Below are positions 34,134 to 43,285 of a stretch of 64,000 bases of DNA, in pieces. A program made the translations under genes and the position numbers. The notes below the pieces were generated by a model. That model made no database searches. It was not told the origin of the DNA and saw nothing but the letters and a program-made list of their open reading frames with translations. The stretch spans positions 11,879-75,878 of the forward strand of contig JAFGTP010000012.1 in assembly GCA_016934035.1 (NCBI GenBank), written 5' to 3'. The DNA is from Fidelibacterota bacterium. Lineage in GTDB: Bacteria; Fidelibacterota; UBA2242; JAFGTP01. Position 1 is the first letter of the stretch; each line of letters opens with the position of its first letter.

Positions 34134-37100
34134 TCATTTGATTAGCAGACATTTTTTAATTTTAATATAATTTCCTGCCACTATTTTGTAAAAATATAAA
34201 CCCGAGGGCAGGTTTGGTACTTTCCAATGGAATTGATAGTAGCCTGCGGCTTGTTGAGGAAAGTGTTTGTAGTCCACCAGTTTTCCCGCAGAATTATAAA
34301 AATATAATTGCACTTCAGTCGGCAGGGCTAGCGAATAGGAAAGAATGGTTGAAGAATTGAAAGGGTTCGGAAAATTTTGAGAAAGTTGAAATTTTTCAGG
34401 CACGGTCTCTTCGCCAATGGAAACCGGCCCGTTTTTCAGCGTAATTGTGAAGGTGTCGGTGCTCAATACCGTATCCATATGACTCGTGACCGTTACATAC
34501 CAGGGAAATGTAATCAACGGTGACGGGTTCTGCCGGTACCCGCTTGTGGGCCAGGAGAGGAGGGTATCCGGTGTGAACAACTGGGTGTCTGAAAGAACAA
34601 GAATGTACAAGAGAGTATCTCCAGGGTCCGGATCTGCAGAACTTTCCCAGCAAAAGGTGATGGAATCCTTATGAAAAATATCAATTGTGTCACGATTCAG
34701 GGGCAGCAACAATGAAAATGGAGCGGGTAGATCATTGACTTCACTGACGAAAACAGAAAAAGTATCTGTTACGGTGTAAGCATTGGAAGCAGCGCCCACG
34801 ATCAGGGTTGACGCGCCGTACTGGTTGGGTGCAAAACTCAAGGAAAGCATTGAGTCAGCGAGGGTTGCGGAAACCCGTTGAGAAGGGCTGTTTTGCAAAA
34901 CCGAAAAAGATAATACCGAATCGTCAGGATCGAAAAAAAATGGACGGATATTAAGGATTGTATCCCCGGCGTCTTCATGAAAAAAAAGATCGGGCAAAGG
35001 GTGTAATACGATGGGCGGATCGTCAATTTCTTCAACATGAATGGTCAGGGTATAGATTGAATCACTGATACCAAACTCATCATCCACGACCTGAAAGGAA
35101 AATTGGGCGTAATCCCGGCCAATCCTGTTTTTTTCAGGTAAAAAACTCAAGGCGGCAAAATCAAAAAGATTTGTATTGATAACTGCCGGTTCATCGTGGT
35201 AATACAAATGGCCGGATCCGGGTAAAGACTGCAGGCGGATTGAAACCAGTGAATCCTGTTCGATATCTTCAAAAGGAAAGTTAGTTTTTAAAAAATAAAA
35301 ACGGGTATCTTCACCCAAAGTTACGGCTGTGTCCCGGCTAAAGGGTGCGTCATTTACCGGACTAACATTCAGCTGCAACGTATCGGTCACCGATAGAAAA
35401 TTTGAAATTCCTACTACTATAATCGTAGAATTGCCAAAGGCATTATCTTTCAGAATAATTTCCAGTGAATCCTGAAAGAGTGTGGCCTCACAAAGAGATG
35501 AATCGCTGATAGAAAGAATTGCATGGGTGATGAGTGAATCCTCATTGTCAATATCGGAAAATACCGAATCGAGGAGGATGAAAATTTCCGTCGAATCTTC
35601 CGTCACTTCAAGCAGACCTGTCTTTCGGTTGATATATGGCGGATCGTCAACATTTTCTACCTTCAGGGCCATTTGATAGGCGGAGTCGCTGAAAGCTCCG
35701 GGCGCATCCATGAGCCGATAGGAAAAAGCAGCGTATTCAGGACCAAAGTCATTGGGTTCTGGGCGATAACAAAAAACTGAAAAATCGGTGACCAGTTGGT
35801 CGGCTGACAAAGGCAGGGTATGATAGTATGCAGCGCCCTTTTGCGGCAATGTAAGAATTTGGATCGCTCTTAAAGAGTCCATTTCAATATCGGTGTAAGG
35901 GAAATCGGATTTTTGAAAACAAACCAGCGAATCTTCTAATATTGTCACCGTACCGTTCATTCCTGTCGGCGCATCATTTACCGGATTGATGGTGACGGAA
36001 AAAGTATCATTGGCAGTCATGCCGTCGGATTCAGCCTGTAAATAAACCATCGATGTTCCGTACTGGTTCAGGTTGGGCTGGAGATAGAGGATTTCATCGA
36101 GGATTTGAAGGGTAAAGAGCGTATCATTACTGACGTAAAGAATGCTTTTGGTGATGGGACCCGAGGTATTATCATGATCAATAAAAACATGGGACAGATT
36201 AAGGGTAAAGATAGGCGAGTCTTCCTCAATTGTCAGGTTGGGAATTGGATTTTGCAGGAGCGGGGCAAAATTTGGTGGATTGTAGTAAAGGGGTGATATC
36301 AGTCTTTCGGCCTTAAAATCTTCCCACCTCATATCGGCCGGTATCTTACTGTTTTGGGAATTGGTTTCATAGGGCGGGAAAGTATCGGTGGGATGGATGA
36401 AAAAGGAGGGCTTATGGTCGTAAATATAGGAAATATCGGGGCAGTTGTTGTCACGGATAATATTTTTAGACTTTTTGGCTTCCGGGTGGACCAGCTGATA
36501 GGCCCAGCTGGGTTCATCGATAAAGGTATGGTCTCCTTTGATATAATTGGTGAAGACATTGGAGGAATCGGAATTATAGAGAGTCAGGTTATCATTCCTG
36601 ACTTTATTGCGCAAAAAGGTGTTGAAGGGGCCGTTATCGCCATGGGTTTCATCACCGTAAATAAAATCAACGGAATTTCCTTCAAATAAATTGGCAAAAG
36701 GATAGCGGCCATGGAGGCGAACATCGCCGGGATTGAGATTATCAAAGTCCCATTCCGCATCCCTGGAATAGTTATAGTCAAAGACATTGCTATTGGCGCC
36801 CCGACCGACCAGCATGGCATGTCGTGTTTTTTGAAAAACATTGTTTTCAATTCGGCAATTGGTGGTGGCATTTCCCAGCACAATTCCATAGCCGGAGCCT
36901 TCATTTGAATCGTAATTGGTGGCCTTGTTGATAAAGCAGCCGTCGATTTGTATATGGGTTGAATGGTTGATTTGGATATGATACCCGGTGCAGTTGTAGG
37001 ATTCAACCCCTTTCAGCCAGCAATTCACTGCGCGGTCGAAATAAAAAGTTGAGCCATATCCTTTGGAACTGTTATCCCGCTCTACTTTGAGGTTTTCAAA

Positions 37101-37802
37101 TCCGATGTTCATGACCGGTCGAAATTCCTGAAGCCACATATCGTTGCTGACAGCATAATTTTTAGCGGCTTCGTCCTGTATAGAAACGGCGCCTGGGCCG
37201 ACGGCGGTAATCTGGGTGATCTGGCCGATGAATTCTGCCTTGCTTTTGTTGTAATCGTCATCAAATTCCGGCTCACAAAATTTGATCCAGTCACCGGTTT
37301 CCAGGCTGATATTTCCTGTATCGTCATAATAAAGGACCTGATCGCCTTTTTGGACATCGTCCAGAATCAGGGCTGTATCACCGGACCACCAGCCGCGCAG
37401 AAGGATGCAATCATCATCATCATCAAGACCCTCAAAGACCAGGGTCGTCAGCGTGTCCGGTGAAAGATTGCCGAGGAACAGGATATTGCCAGTTTTGTTT
37501 TTCTGAAGGGGTGTTATATCAATTTTGGCGGTGATGTGATAGGATTGGGATTGAAAATAGATAATTGTATTTCCCGGTTGCTGGTTGGCGTTGGTGATGG
37601 CCGCCAGGATCTTGTTGTAATCACTGCCGGTGTAATCATTCACATAAATCCAGTTGTCAACGGAAAAATCAGTGTCCGGTAGCAACCCGGATTTTTTCCA
37701 GTCAACCCGGCGCGAATCGGGAAGGCAACTGTCGGCAGAAAGTTTTACAACAGAAACCAGTAAAAGAAATAGTGTAATACAGAGCAGTTTGGTTATTCTC
37801 AT
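34134..37802 (-). CDS. Large secreted adhesin-like protein: pectate-lyase-fold beta-helix region, VNDAP-type cadherin-like repeats, T9SS CTD
   Basis: The signal peptide starts at ATG 37802 (MRITKLLCITLFLLLVSVVKLSA), whereas the track start at 37853 is a TTG. Beta-helix motifs are present (CRIENNVFQKTRHAMLVG). There are alternating ~100-aa repeats bounded by NPVNDAP / SPVNDAP / EEIDDPP. The CTD is QNFPNPFNSSTILSYSL...SGLYFYKIVAGNYIKIKKCLLIK. Confidence 0.8.
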   Translation of the reverse strand: MRITKLLCITLFLLLVSVVKLSADSCLPDSRRVDWKKSGLLPDTDFSVDNWIYVNDYTGSDYNKILAAITNANQQPGNTIIYFQSQSYHITAKIDITPLQKNKTGNILFLGNLSPDTLTTLVFEGLDDDDDCILLRGWWSGDTALILDDVQKGDQVLYYDDTGNISLETGDWIKFCEPEFDDDYNKSKAEFIGQITQITAVGPGAVSIQDEAAKNYAVSNDMWLQEFRPVMNIGFENLKVERDNSSKGYGSTFYFDRAVNCWLKGVESYNCTGYHIQINHSTHIQIDGCFINKATNYDSNEGSGYGIVLGNATTNCRIENNVFQKTRHAMLVGRGANSNVFDYNYSRDAEWDFDNLNPGDVRLHGRYPFANLFEGNSVDFIYGDETHGDNGPFNTFLRNKVRNDNLTLYNSDSSNVFTNYIKGDHTFIDEPSWAYQLVHPEAKKSKNIIRDNNCPDISYIYDHKPSFFIHPTDTFPPYETNSQNSKIPADMRWEDFKAERLISPLYYNPPNFAPLLQNPIPNLTIEEDSPIFTLNLSHVFIDHDNTSGPITKSILYVSNDTLFTLQILDEILYLQPNLNQYGTSMVYLQAESDGMTANDTFSVTINPVNDAPTGMNGTVTILEDSLVCFQKSDFPYTDIEMDSLRAIQILTLPQKGAAYYHTLPLSADQLVTDFSVFCYRPEPNDFGPEYAAFSYRLMDAPGAFSDSAYQMALKVENVDDPPYINRKTGLLEVTEDSTEIFILLDSVFSDIDNEDSLITHAILSISDSSLCEATLFQDSLEIILKDNAFGNSTIIVVGISNFLSVTDTLQLNVSPVNDAPFSRDTAVTLGEDTRFYFLKTNFPFEDIEQDSLVSIRLQSLPGSGHLYYHDEPAVINTNLFDFAALSFLPEKNRIGRDYAQFSFQVVDDEFGISDSIYTLTIHVEEIDDPPIVLHPLPDLFFHEDAGDTILNIRPFFFDPDDSVLSFSVLQNSPSQRVSATLADSMLSLSFAPNQYGASTLIVGAASNAYTVTDTFSVFVSEVNDLPAPFSLLLPLNRDTIDIFHKDSITFCWESSADPDPGDTLLYILVLSDTQLFTPDTLLSWPTSGYRQNPSPLITFPWYVTVTSHMDTVLSTDTFTITLKNGPVSIGEETVPEKFQLSQNFPNPFNSSTILSYSLALPTEVQLYFYNSAGKLVDYKHFPQQAAGYYQFHWKVPNLPSGLYFYKIVAGNYIKIKKCLLIK
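34137..34412 (-). other. T9SS type-A CTD
   Basis: VPEKFQLSQNFPNPFNSSTILSYSLALPTEVQLYFYNSAGKLV...GYYQFHWKVPNLPSGLYFYKIVAG. Confidence 0.8.
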
Positions 37803-37923
37803 TTTTTTTCGATCTCGTGATTTAGTCAACAAGGTTACACTTTTAAAATACAAAAGTTTTCCAATTTATTCTAAAAATTCCTCCCTTCCATCAAAGACTT
37901 GAGGGAAAGATGAAAGACGGGGC

Positions 37924-37961
37924 AAAAAAAAAGGCTGCAAAAATTATGGCAGCCTTTTTTT
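37924..37961 (-). terminator. Rho-independent terminator of the 1117-aa gene (A/T tracts on both sides)
   Basis: AAAGGCTGC-aaaaattatg-GCAGCCTTT with an A9 run before it and a T7 run after it on the plus strand. It lies 15 nt after the stop at 37976. Confidence 0.7.
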
Positions 37962-37975
37962 AATGATTTTGGTAT

Positions 37976-40900
37976 TTATTTAATAATCGTCATTTTCTTG
38001 ATATCGCTGAAATTTCCGGCCTGTATTCTATAGAAATAGATCCCGGTAGAAAATTTTTCAGCATCAATTTCAATTCTGTGGTAGCCGGCATTGACTGTCC
38101 CGAAAACAAGGGACTTGACCAGTTTTCCGCTGATATCATAGATGGTCAGGACAACAGGTGATGATTCCGGGAGGGCGAAGGGAATGACGGTCGTCGGGTT
38201 AAAGGGGTTCGGATAGTTCTGGGAGAGGCTGAATTCTGTCGGCATGAGTTCTTCCTCAACAGCTACGGCCGAGGTGTCGCCAAAGTAATTAGTGGTATCG
38301 CCGGGAATAACAGACTTAATCGTAACGTCAAAGGAAATGTAAGCCGTATCATTCATGCAATTTCCCTGCAAGGTGACGGTGCCAAACCCATCGGCGTGTT
38401 TGGTATATCGCAAGTAGAGAATATCTTCATGGATGGCGCCCCAGATCAGGGTATCTCCGCAACAGCAGCAGCAATATTTTGCGGTAATGGAATCCTCGAT
38501 GGAGTAGATGGATTTTTCAATGATGAATTCTTCATCGGTGGCACTTGCTGATTTGCTGAGCATTGCGACTTCTTCCTGTTGGTTCTGGCCGGTATCAGGG
38601 ATCACATAGAAAAAATTGGTCAATGGAATGGTTGTATGTACAAATCTTTCGCCGACCTCCACATCATAATCCGGAATCTGGCGGGTCAGCAATTCAATGC
38701 TGTAGGTCAGCTCATAAGCACCATGGTCTACGGTACCGTAGCGGATTCTTTCATTGCCGTCTAAATCATAGGGTAAAGCTGCTCCATCGTTATTTCCGGC
38801 ATTGACGGAGGGTGAATTTCCGGAGAGATGAAAATCTCCGGCTGTACTGGGGGCATTGTTTGGATCCAGAGGCTCGATAAAAAGCGGGTCCTGGTTAATG
38901 TTGCGATCAAAGAAACTTTCACCGGTTCCCATCAGATCGTAATCATCGGATGCAATGTTGCAGTCGACAATTTGCAAACCGCTACTCCACGTGTAAACCT
39001 GCCTACCCTCACCGGAGGAATTAAACTGAACAATGGAGTTTAAAATTGAAAAATTTGCAAAATTGGTATAAATGCCGCCCCCATATTGCGTCGAATGATT
39101 GCCCGTGATGGTCACATTTTCCATAATGGCTGAACAGGGGCCCGAAAGGGCCATTGCCCCGCCTGCGCCTAATTCACTGAAAGCGCTATTGCCGGTTAAA
39201 ATACTATTTCGGATGGTTACCGAATATTCATTGTAGCCTATGAAAATACCGCCACCTTTGGAGACTGAGCTGTTTCCGGAAATAATGCACCGGTCGATAT
39301 AGGGCGCTGATTGGGGCCCTGAGATATATAATCCGCCGCCAATATTATCACTGAAGTTAGATGAAATTTCGAGATTTGTCATCAATGGAGTGGAATTATG
39401 TATAGCCATGCCGGCACCGGCGCCTGAAGTCGAGTTATTTAAAATTTTGCAATTGGTGATGGTTGGTACGCTAAGGTTGCAAAGGATGCCACCACCGGTT
39501 TCATCGATCGCTCCACCATCGGCCAGTCCGTCCTGAATGATAAATCCATCCAGAGTTGTTCCATCACCGGCATGATCAAAAACGACGACGTGAAAGGAAT
39601 TATCCCAGTTTTCAGACGGAACACCGATATCGCCGCTTAAAATGGTCGGATGGCCTTCAATATCATCCCGCTCGCTCAGGGCAACTTCAATACCTTCAAA
39701 TCCGCCATAGACTTCTACGCCACTGGGGATTTCAAAGCTGACTAGCCTGGGATTTGCCAGGGTTTTTGACCTTTTACCCAAATTAGCATTGTTACCGCCG
39801 CCGTTGAAATAATGGCTGGGCAGATAGGTCCCTTCTGCCACCCACACCTGGTAATTTTCATTGATGCCAGGGTGTTGCAGTGCGTCCTGTAGATCATTAA
39901 AGGCATTTTCCCAGGATGAGCCGTTATTTTCGCCGTCGGCGTCCTGGTCTACGTAAAACATCAGATAGGCGTAGATAACTTCCCGGTAATCTTCTATTGT
40001 CATGAGGTCGGGGGCGATCATAATGACCTGGATGGTATAGGGTCCGGAGACTGAATTGATGGGAATATCTACGGTGATGCCCACAGAAGATACGCCGGCA
40101 TTCAGATGCAAGTTGTAGGTGTGGGAGTCTAACATATTTCCCATCGGGTCAACCAGGTTGACGATATAACGGTGGTATCCGGTGGTTGTTACTTCGGTGT
40201 AAAATACAGGATAAACGTGGCAATACGGATCATCGATTTCGGAATCGGCAATATACAGATCGGTCAGTTGTCCGCTTTCTTTGTTGCCGCCGTCGATGAC
40301 CAACTGTCCCCAGTCTACGGTGGAGGCCCAGTCCCCTTCATAAACATCAATTTCATAACGGACCAGGTTGTTGCCCTGTCGGACCCATTCGATAGGTATG
40401 ACAAAGGATGTGATATTATATTGGGAATCCTCACCATGCGTTTTGCCGCAAAAATGGCCGTTAAAATAAACATGGTTTACTTCGCCGGCTTCTTCATCTA
40501 CATCATAGACATAAATCGCCAGTATAGCGCTATTCTGCGGAAGATCGCCGGTGACATTAATAAAAAATTCAATGGGGCTTTTTTCATTATCGTTGAATAG
40601 ATAGGTGTCCATATCAAAGTCGGCCGGGCCAGTGCCGCCATTACCGGTATTGTCAGAATTGGTTACATAGGTAGCGCCCGTAGTGACAGAACTTTGGTTC
40701 TGAGAAGGGACAGAGGAAACTCTGGTCTGGTCTTCCATTGTCCTCTTGTTTTTCTGTACCGGCTGGTTTTCAATCTTCAGTGCTTCACTGGTGCTGACGG
40801 GAGCGGGAATAATTTTTTGATCTGCAACAGTCATGGATTCACAGCTGGCCTGCAGGGTCACCGGAGGTGTCTGGGAGTTGACGTCGATGGCGAGCCAAAA

Positions 40901-41278
40901 ATAATGGGTCCCCTGGGTAATTTGCTGGTCACCGGAAACCACCAGGGTTTCCTGATTGGTGACTGGTGCCTGGCCATACAAGGCTTCAGGCGAAAAAGCG
41001 TCTGAATTGCCCGTGTAGAACAGTTTGACTTGTGAGATGGCCGTTTCATTTTTTAAGCCGCTGAGATTGGTTTTAAGATGAAAATCGGAAACCGTTGCCA
41101 TCGTTTTAGAATCAATTTTGATTTTTAAGATTGGCTGATTTTCTGTTCCGGATTTTATGAGCCCGGTCATCATTTCGGCCTGGCTTTTATAGATATTACC
41201 TATTTCACTATCTTTTCCCATGGAAGAAACTGACAGTAAAAGCAATGACGAAATAATGAAAATGATAGATTTTTTCAT
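37976..41278 (-). CDS. Large secreted right-handed beta-helix (PMP/PbH1-repeat-like) protein with T9SS CTD
   Basis: The start is moved to ATG 41278 (MKKSIIFIISSLLLLSVSS; AGGGGAG RBS). Motifs include GSSWENAFNDLQDAL...VWVAEGTY and repeated GGG(I/L)..N / N.S...GGA(M).. beta-helix turns. The CTD is SQNYPNPFNPTTVIPFAL...TGIYFYRIQAGNFSDIKKMTIIK. Confidence 0.8.
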   Translation of the reverse strand: MKKSIIFIISSLLLLSVSSMGKDSEIGNIYKSQAEMMTGLIKSGTENQPILKIKIDSKTMATVSDFHLKTNLSGLKNETAISQVKLFYTGNSDAFSPEALYGQAPVTNQETLVVSGDQQITQGTHYFWLAIDVNSQTPPVTLQASCESMTVADQKIIPAPVSTSEALKIENQPVQKNKRTMEDQTRVSSVPSQNQSSVTTGATYVTNSDNTGNGGTGPADFDMDTYLFNDNEKSPIEFFINVTGDLPQNSAILAIYVYDVDEEAGEVNHVYFNGHFCGKTHGEDSQYNITSFVIPIEWVRQGNNLVRYEIDVYEGDWASTVDWGQLVIDGGNKESGQLTDLYIADSEIDDPYCHVYPVFYTEVTTTGYHRYIVNLVDPMGNMLDSHTYNLHLNAGVSSVGITVDIPINSVSGPYTIQVIMIAPDLMTIEDYREVIYAYLMFYVDQDADGENNGSSWENAFNDLQDALQHPGINENYQVWVAEGTYLPSHYFNGGGNNANLGKRSKTLANPRLVSFEIPSGVEVYGGFEGIEVALSERDDIEGHPTILSGDIGVPSENWDNSFHVVVFDHAGDGTTLDGFIIQDGLADGGAIDETGGGILCNLSVPTITNCKILNNSTSGAGAGMAIHNSTPLMTNLEISSNFSDNIGGGLYISGPQSAPYIDRCIISGNSSVSKGGGIFIGYNEYSVTIRNSILTGNSAFSELGAGGAMALSGPCSAIMENVTITGNHSTQYGGGIYTNFANFSILNSIVQFNSSGEGRQVYTWSSGLQIVDCNIASDDYDLMGTGESFFDRNINQDPLFIEPLDPNNAPSTAGDFHLSGNSPSVNAGNNDGAALPYDLDGNERIRYGTVDHGAYELTYSIELLTRQIPDYDVEVGERFVHTTIPLTNFFYVIPDTGQNQQEEVAMLSKSASATDEEFIIEKSIYSIEDSITAKYCCCCCGDTLIWGAIHEDILYLRYTKHADGFGTVTLQGNCMNDTAYISFDVTIKSVIPGDTTNYFGDTSAVAVEEELMPTEFSLSQNYPNPFNPTTVIPFALPESSPVVLTIYDISGKLVKSLVFGTVNAGYHRIEIDAEKFSTGIYFYRIQAGNFSDIKKMTIIK
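37979..38258 (-). other. T9SS type-A CTD
   Basis: EELMPTEFSLSQNYPNPFNPTTVIPFALPESSPVVLTIYDISGKLV...GYHRIEIDAEKFSTGIYFYRIQAG. Confidence 0.85.
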
Positions 41279-41707
41279 TTTCGCTCCCCTTTTTAATTTA
41301 TTTATTTTTAATGTTTTGTCTGAAAACATGGTGCAATCTAATTCAACTAATTGTTCATATTAAAATTTTAACACAGTAATTCTCTAAAAATCACTATTGT
41401 TGATATATTATAAAACAAATATCAATATATCAATCAAATTTTTAAATATTCCCGACTAGGTTTTTTAGAAAAAATATGAATTTTATTTAAATAAAATTCA
41501 GAGGGCAATAATTGTTTTGAGAAAAGGTTCCTGTCGTTCCGAATTTGATGAAGAATCTCTTCAAGGGAAAGTCAAGATTATTGCTCTTGCGCCGAAAGGA
41601 AAGGAGGACGGTGAAATTTGATTTTGGCCCTAAGGCCCAATGAAATGACAAGCGGGTCTTTTATTGTCCTTCCAATGGGCCCAAATACGGGGTGTATTAT
41701 TTCATTA

Positions 41708-43072
41708 TTAAAACATTCTGTCCCAGGGCGGCAGCTTCTCCGGCTTTTCCTGGAGAATTTTCAGAATATTTTCCGGTAAAAATTCCTCTTTGATGACCAG
41801 GCGGAACATATACTCGTCAAACCAGTCATCAGTCATAATGAGGAAGCCTTTGAAGCCGGCGTCTGCGCCCCAGCTGTTTTCCAGCAGCCATTTGGTGATT
41901 TCACCGTCGGCAGTGGTATCGATACCCACCAGGGCCATGCCATGACTGGAGCCAGACTGATAGGACAATATGCGCTCTTCCTTGGTCATGTCGAATTGGA
42001 CACCAAAAAGGCTTTCATAGTCGTAAAGACCAACGTCGACAAGTCCGCGATCCCGATCCAGATGCTTTCCCACATCGCAGGAGAAATACATCGGTTCGTC
42101 GCCGAGAATTGATTTTTTGGCGAATTTTTTGATTTCATCACTGGGCAGGTTGATATATTTCCAGTTAATGCCTTCGACCAGGTTGCGGTACCATTGGATT
42201 TCATAAAATTTGTGGTAAGGACGGGAAGGATCATCCATCAGCATGACATATTGACCCAGATCATAATCGATGGCGTCCTGATAAAATTCCTGTGGCGTCA
42301 TGGTCCTGACGGTAAAGGTTTCAGATTCTTTTTCTTTGATGCGCCAGGTAAATTTCTCCGGCGGAGTTCCCATGGTCAGGGCCAGGATGCGATAGACATC
42401 TTTCAGCATTTCGGTTTTGGCGTCCTGTAATTTTTTGAGGTTGTCAGTTTTCATAGCCCTCAGGTCCATGGCCTGGGTCCGCAGCTTTTCACTGAGTATA
42501 CGGCGGAATTCGCCGGTGTTGGCACTATGGCGGGTTTCTTCCATGAATTCCTTTGGAATGAAGCCGTATTTCCCAACAATTCCAGGCATCATGTTCCAGA
42601 CACCGCCGTCGCCGATGGGGCTGCGTAACAGAAACCGGACATATTCATCGTTAATGTCTTTGTCCCGGGTGGCGATAATATTTTCCAGGAAGAGATTGGC
42701 CTTTTCAAACTGGTCCCAGAAGAAGAGGTAGTTTTCGGAAAACTCAAAATCCTCCAGGTTGTATCTGGCGACAATTTTCGGACGCAATACGTTGAGTGAG
42801 GTAAACAGCCAGCAGCGACCTGTATTTTCCTGATCGGTTATACCCGGCACATCAATGCGATAGGAAAAATTTTTATCGATGTGCTGGACTTTGGACCGGT
42901 TCAGGGCCAGGTCTTGAATACTATTGTTGGTAATGGCGTTTTGGGTGGCTTTGGTGTAGGCATCTTCGTTGAAGGACTTGCGAATCTCCTGTAGCATTCG
43001 GGCATCGACAGCGCCGTCATTGGCATAGAGTGCGAGTGCTAATGCGAAAATCACCAATAATTTAAGTTTCAT
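41708..43072 (-). CDS. pepC: Aminopeptidase C / bleomycin-hydrolase family cysteine peptidase (C1B), with signal peptide
   Basis: QENTGRCWLFTSLNVLRP is the active-site Cys context. The C-terminal SHGMALVG...WLLENSWG gives the His and Asn contexts. AGGAGG RBS. Confidence 0.9.
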   Translation of the reverse strand: MKLKLLVIFALALALYANDGAVDARMLQEIRKSFNEDAYTKATQNAITNNSIQDLALNRSKVQHIDKNFSYRIDVPGITDQENTGRCWLFTSLNVLRPKIVARYNLEDFEFSENYLFFWDQFEKANLFLENIIATRDKDINDEYVRFLLRSPIGDGGVWNMMPGIVGKYGFIPKEFMEETRHSANTGEFRRILSEKLRTQAMDLRAMKTDNLKKLQDAKTEMLKDVYRILALTMGTPPEKFTWRIKEKESETFTVRTMTPQEFYQDAIDYDLGQYVMLMDDPSRPYHKFYEIQWYRNLVEGINWKYINLPSDEIKKFAKKSILGDEPMYFSCDVGKHLDRDRGLVDVGLYDYESLFGVQFDMTKEERILSYQSGSSHGMALVGIDTTADGEITKWLLENSWGADAGFKGFLIMTDDWFDEYMFRLVIKEEFLPENILKILQEKPEKLPPWDRMF

Positions 43073-43285
43073 TTTGCCCCTCCTTTAATTAATTTTTTAC
43101 AACGTTGGATAATATAACCAACTGGATTTTTTATAGAAATGATTTAATTGATATTTTAATGCGCCACAATAAATTGTGATGATATTCCGAATCGCGGCCA
43201 AACATCCCGATTTAACCCGGTCGCAGGAGAAAAATTAACCTTAGCCTTCAGCGGGCTATATATAAACAGATCTGGATTAATCATT

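Noticed and set aside
41400-41433. Inverted repeat TTGATATAT ... ATATATCAA upstream of the 1117-aa gene.
   Set aside because: It is pure A/T low-complexity sequence in an AT-rich promoter region, so chance occurrence is likely. I found no similar element upstream of the other CTD genes.
41330-41707. 378-bp spacer between the 1117-aa gene start and the pepC stop, checked for small ORFs, tRNA or riboswitch-like elements. It contains GGCCCTAAGGCCC and a 31-codon ORF (MKNLFKGKSRLLLLRRKERRTVKFDFGPKAQ).
   Set aside because: There is no RBS or start context for the ORF, no convincing stem-loop with a U-tract, and no motif I recognise. I left it unannotated.
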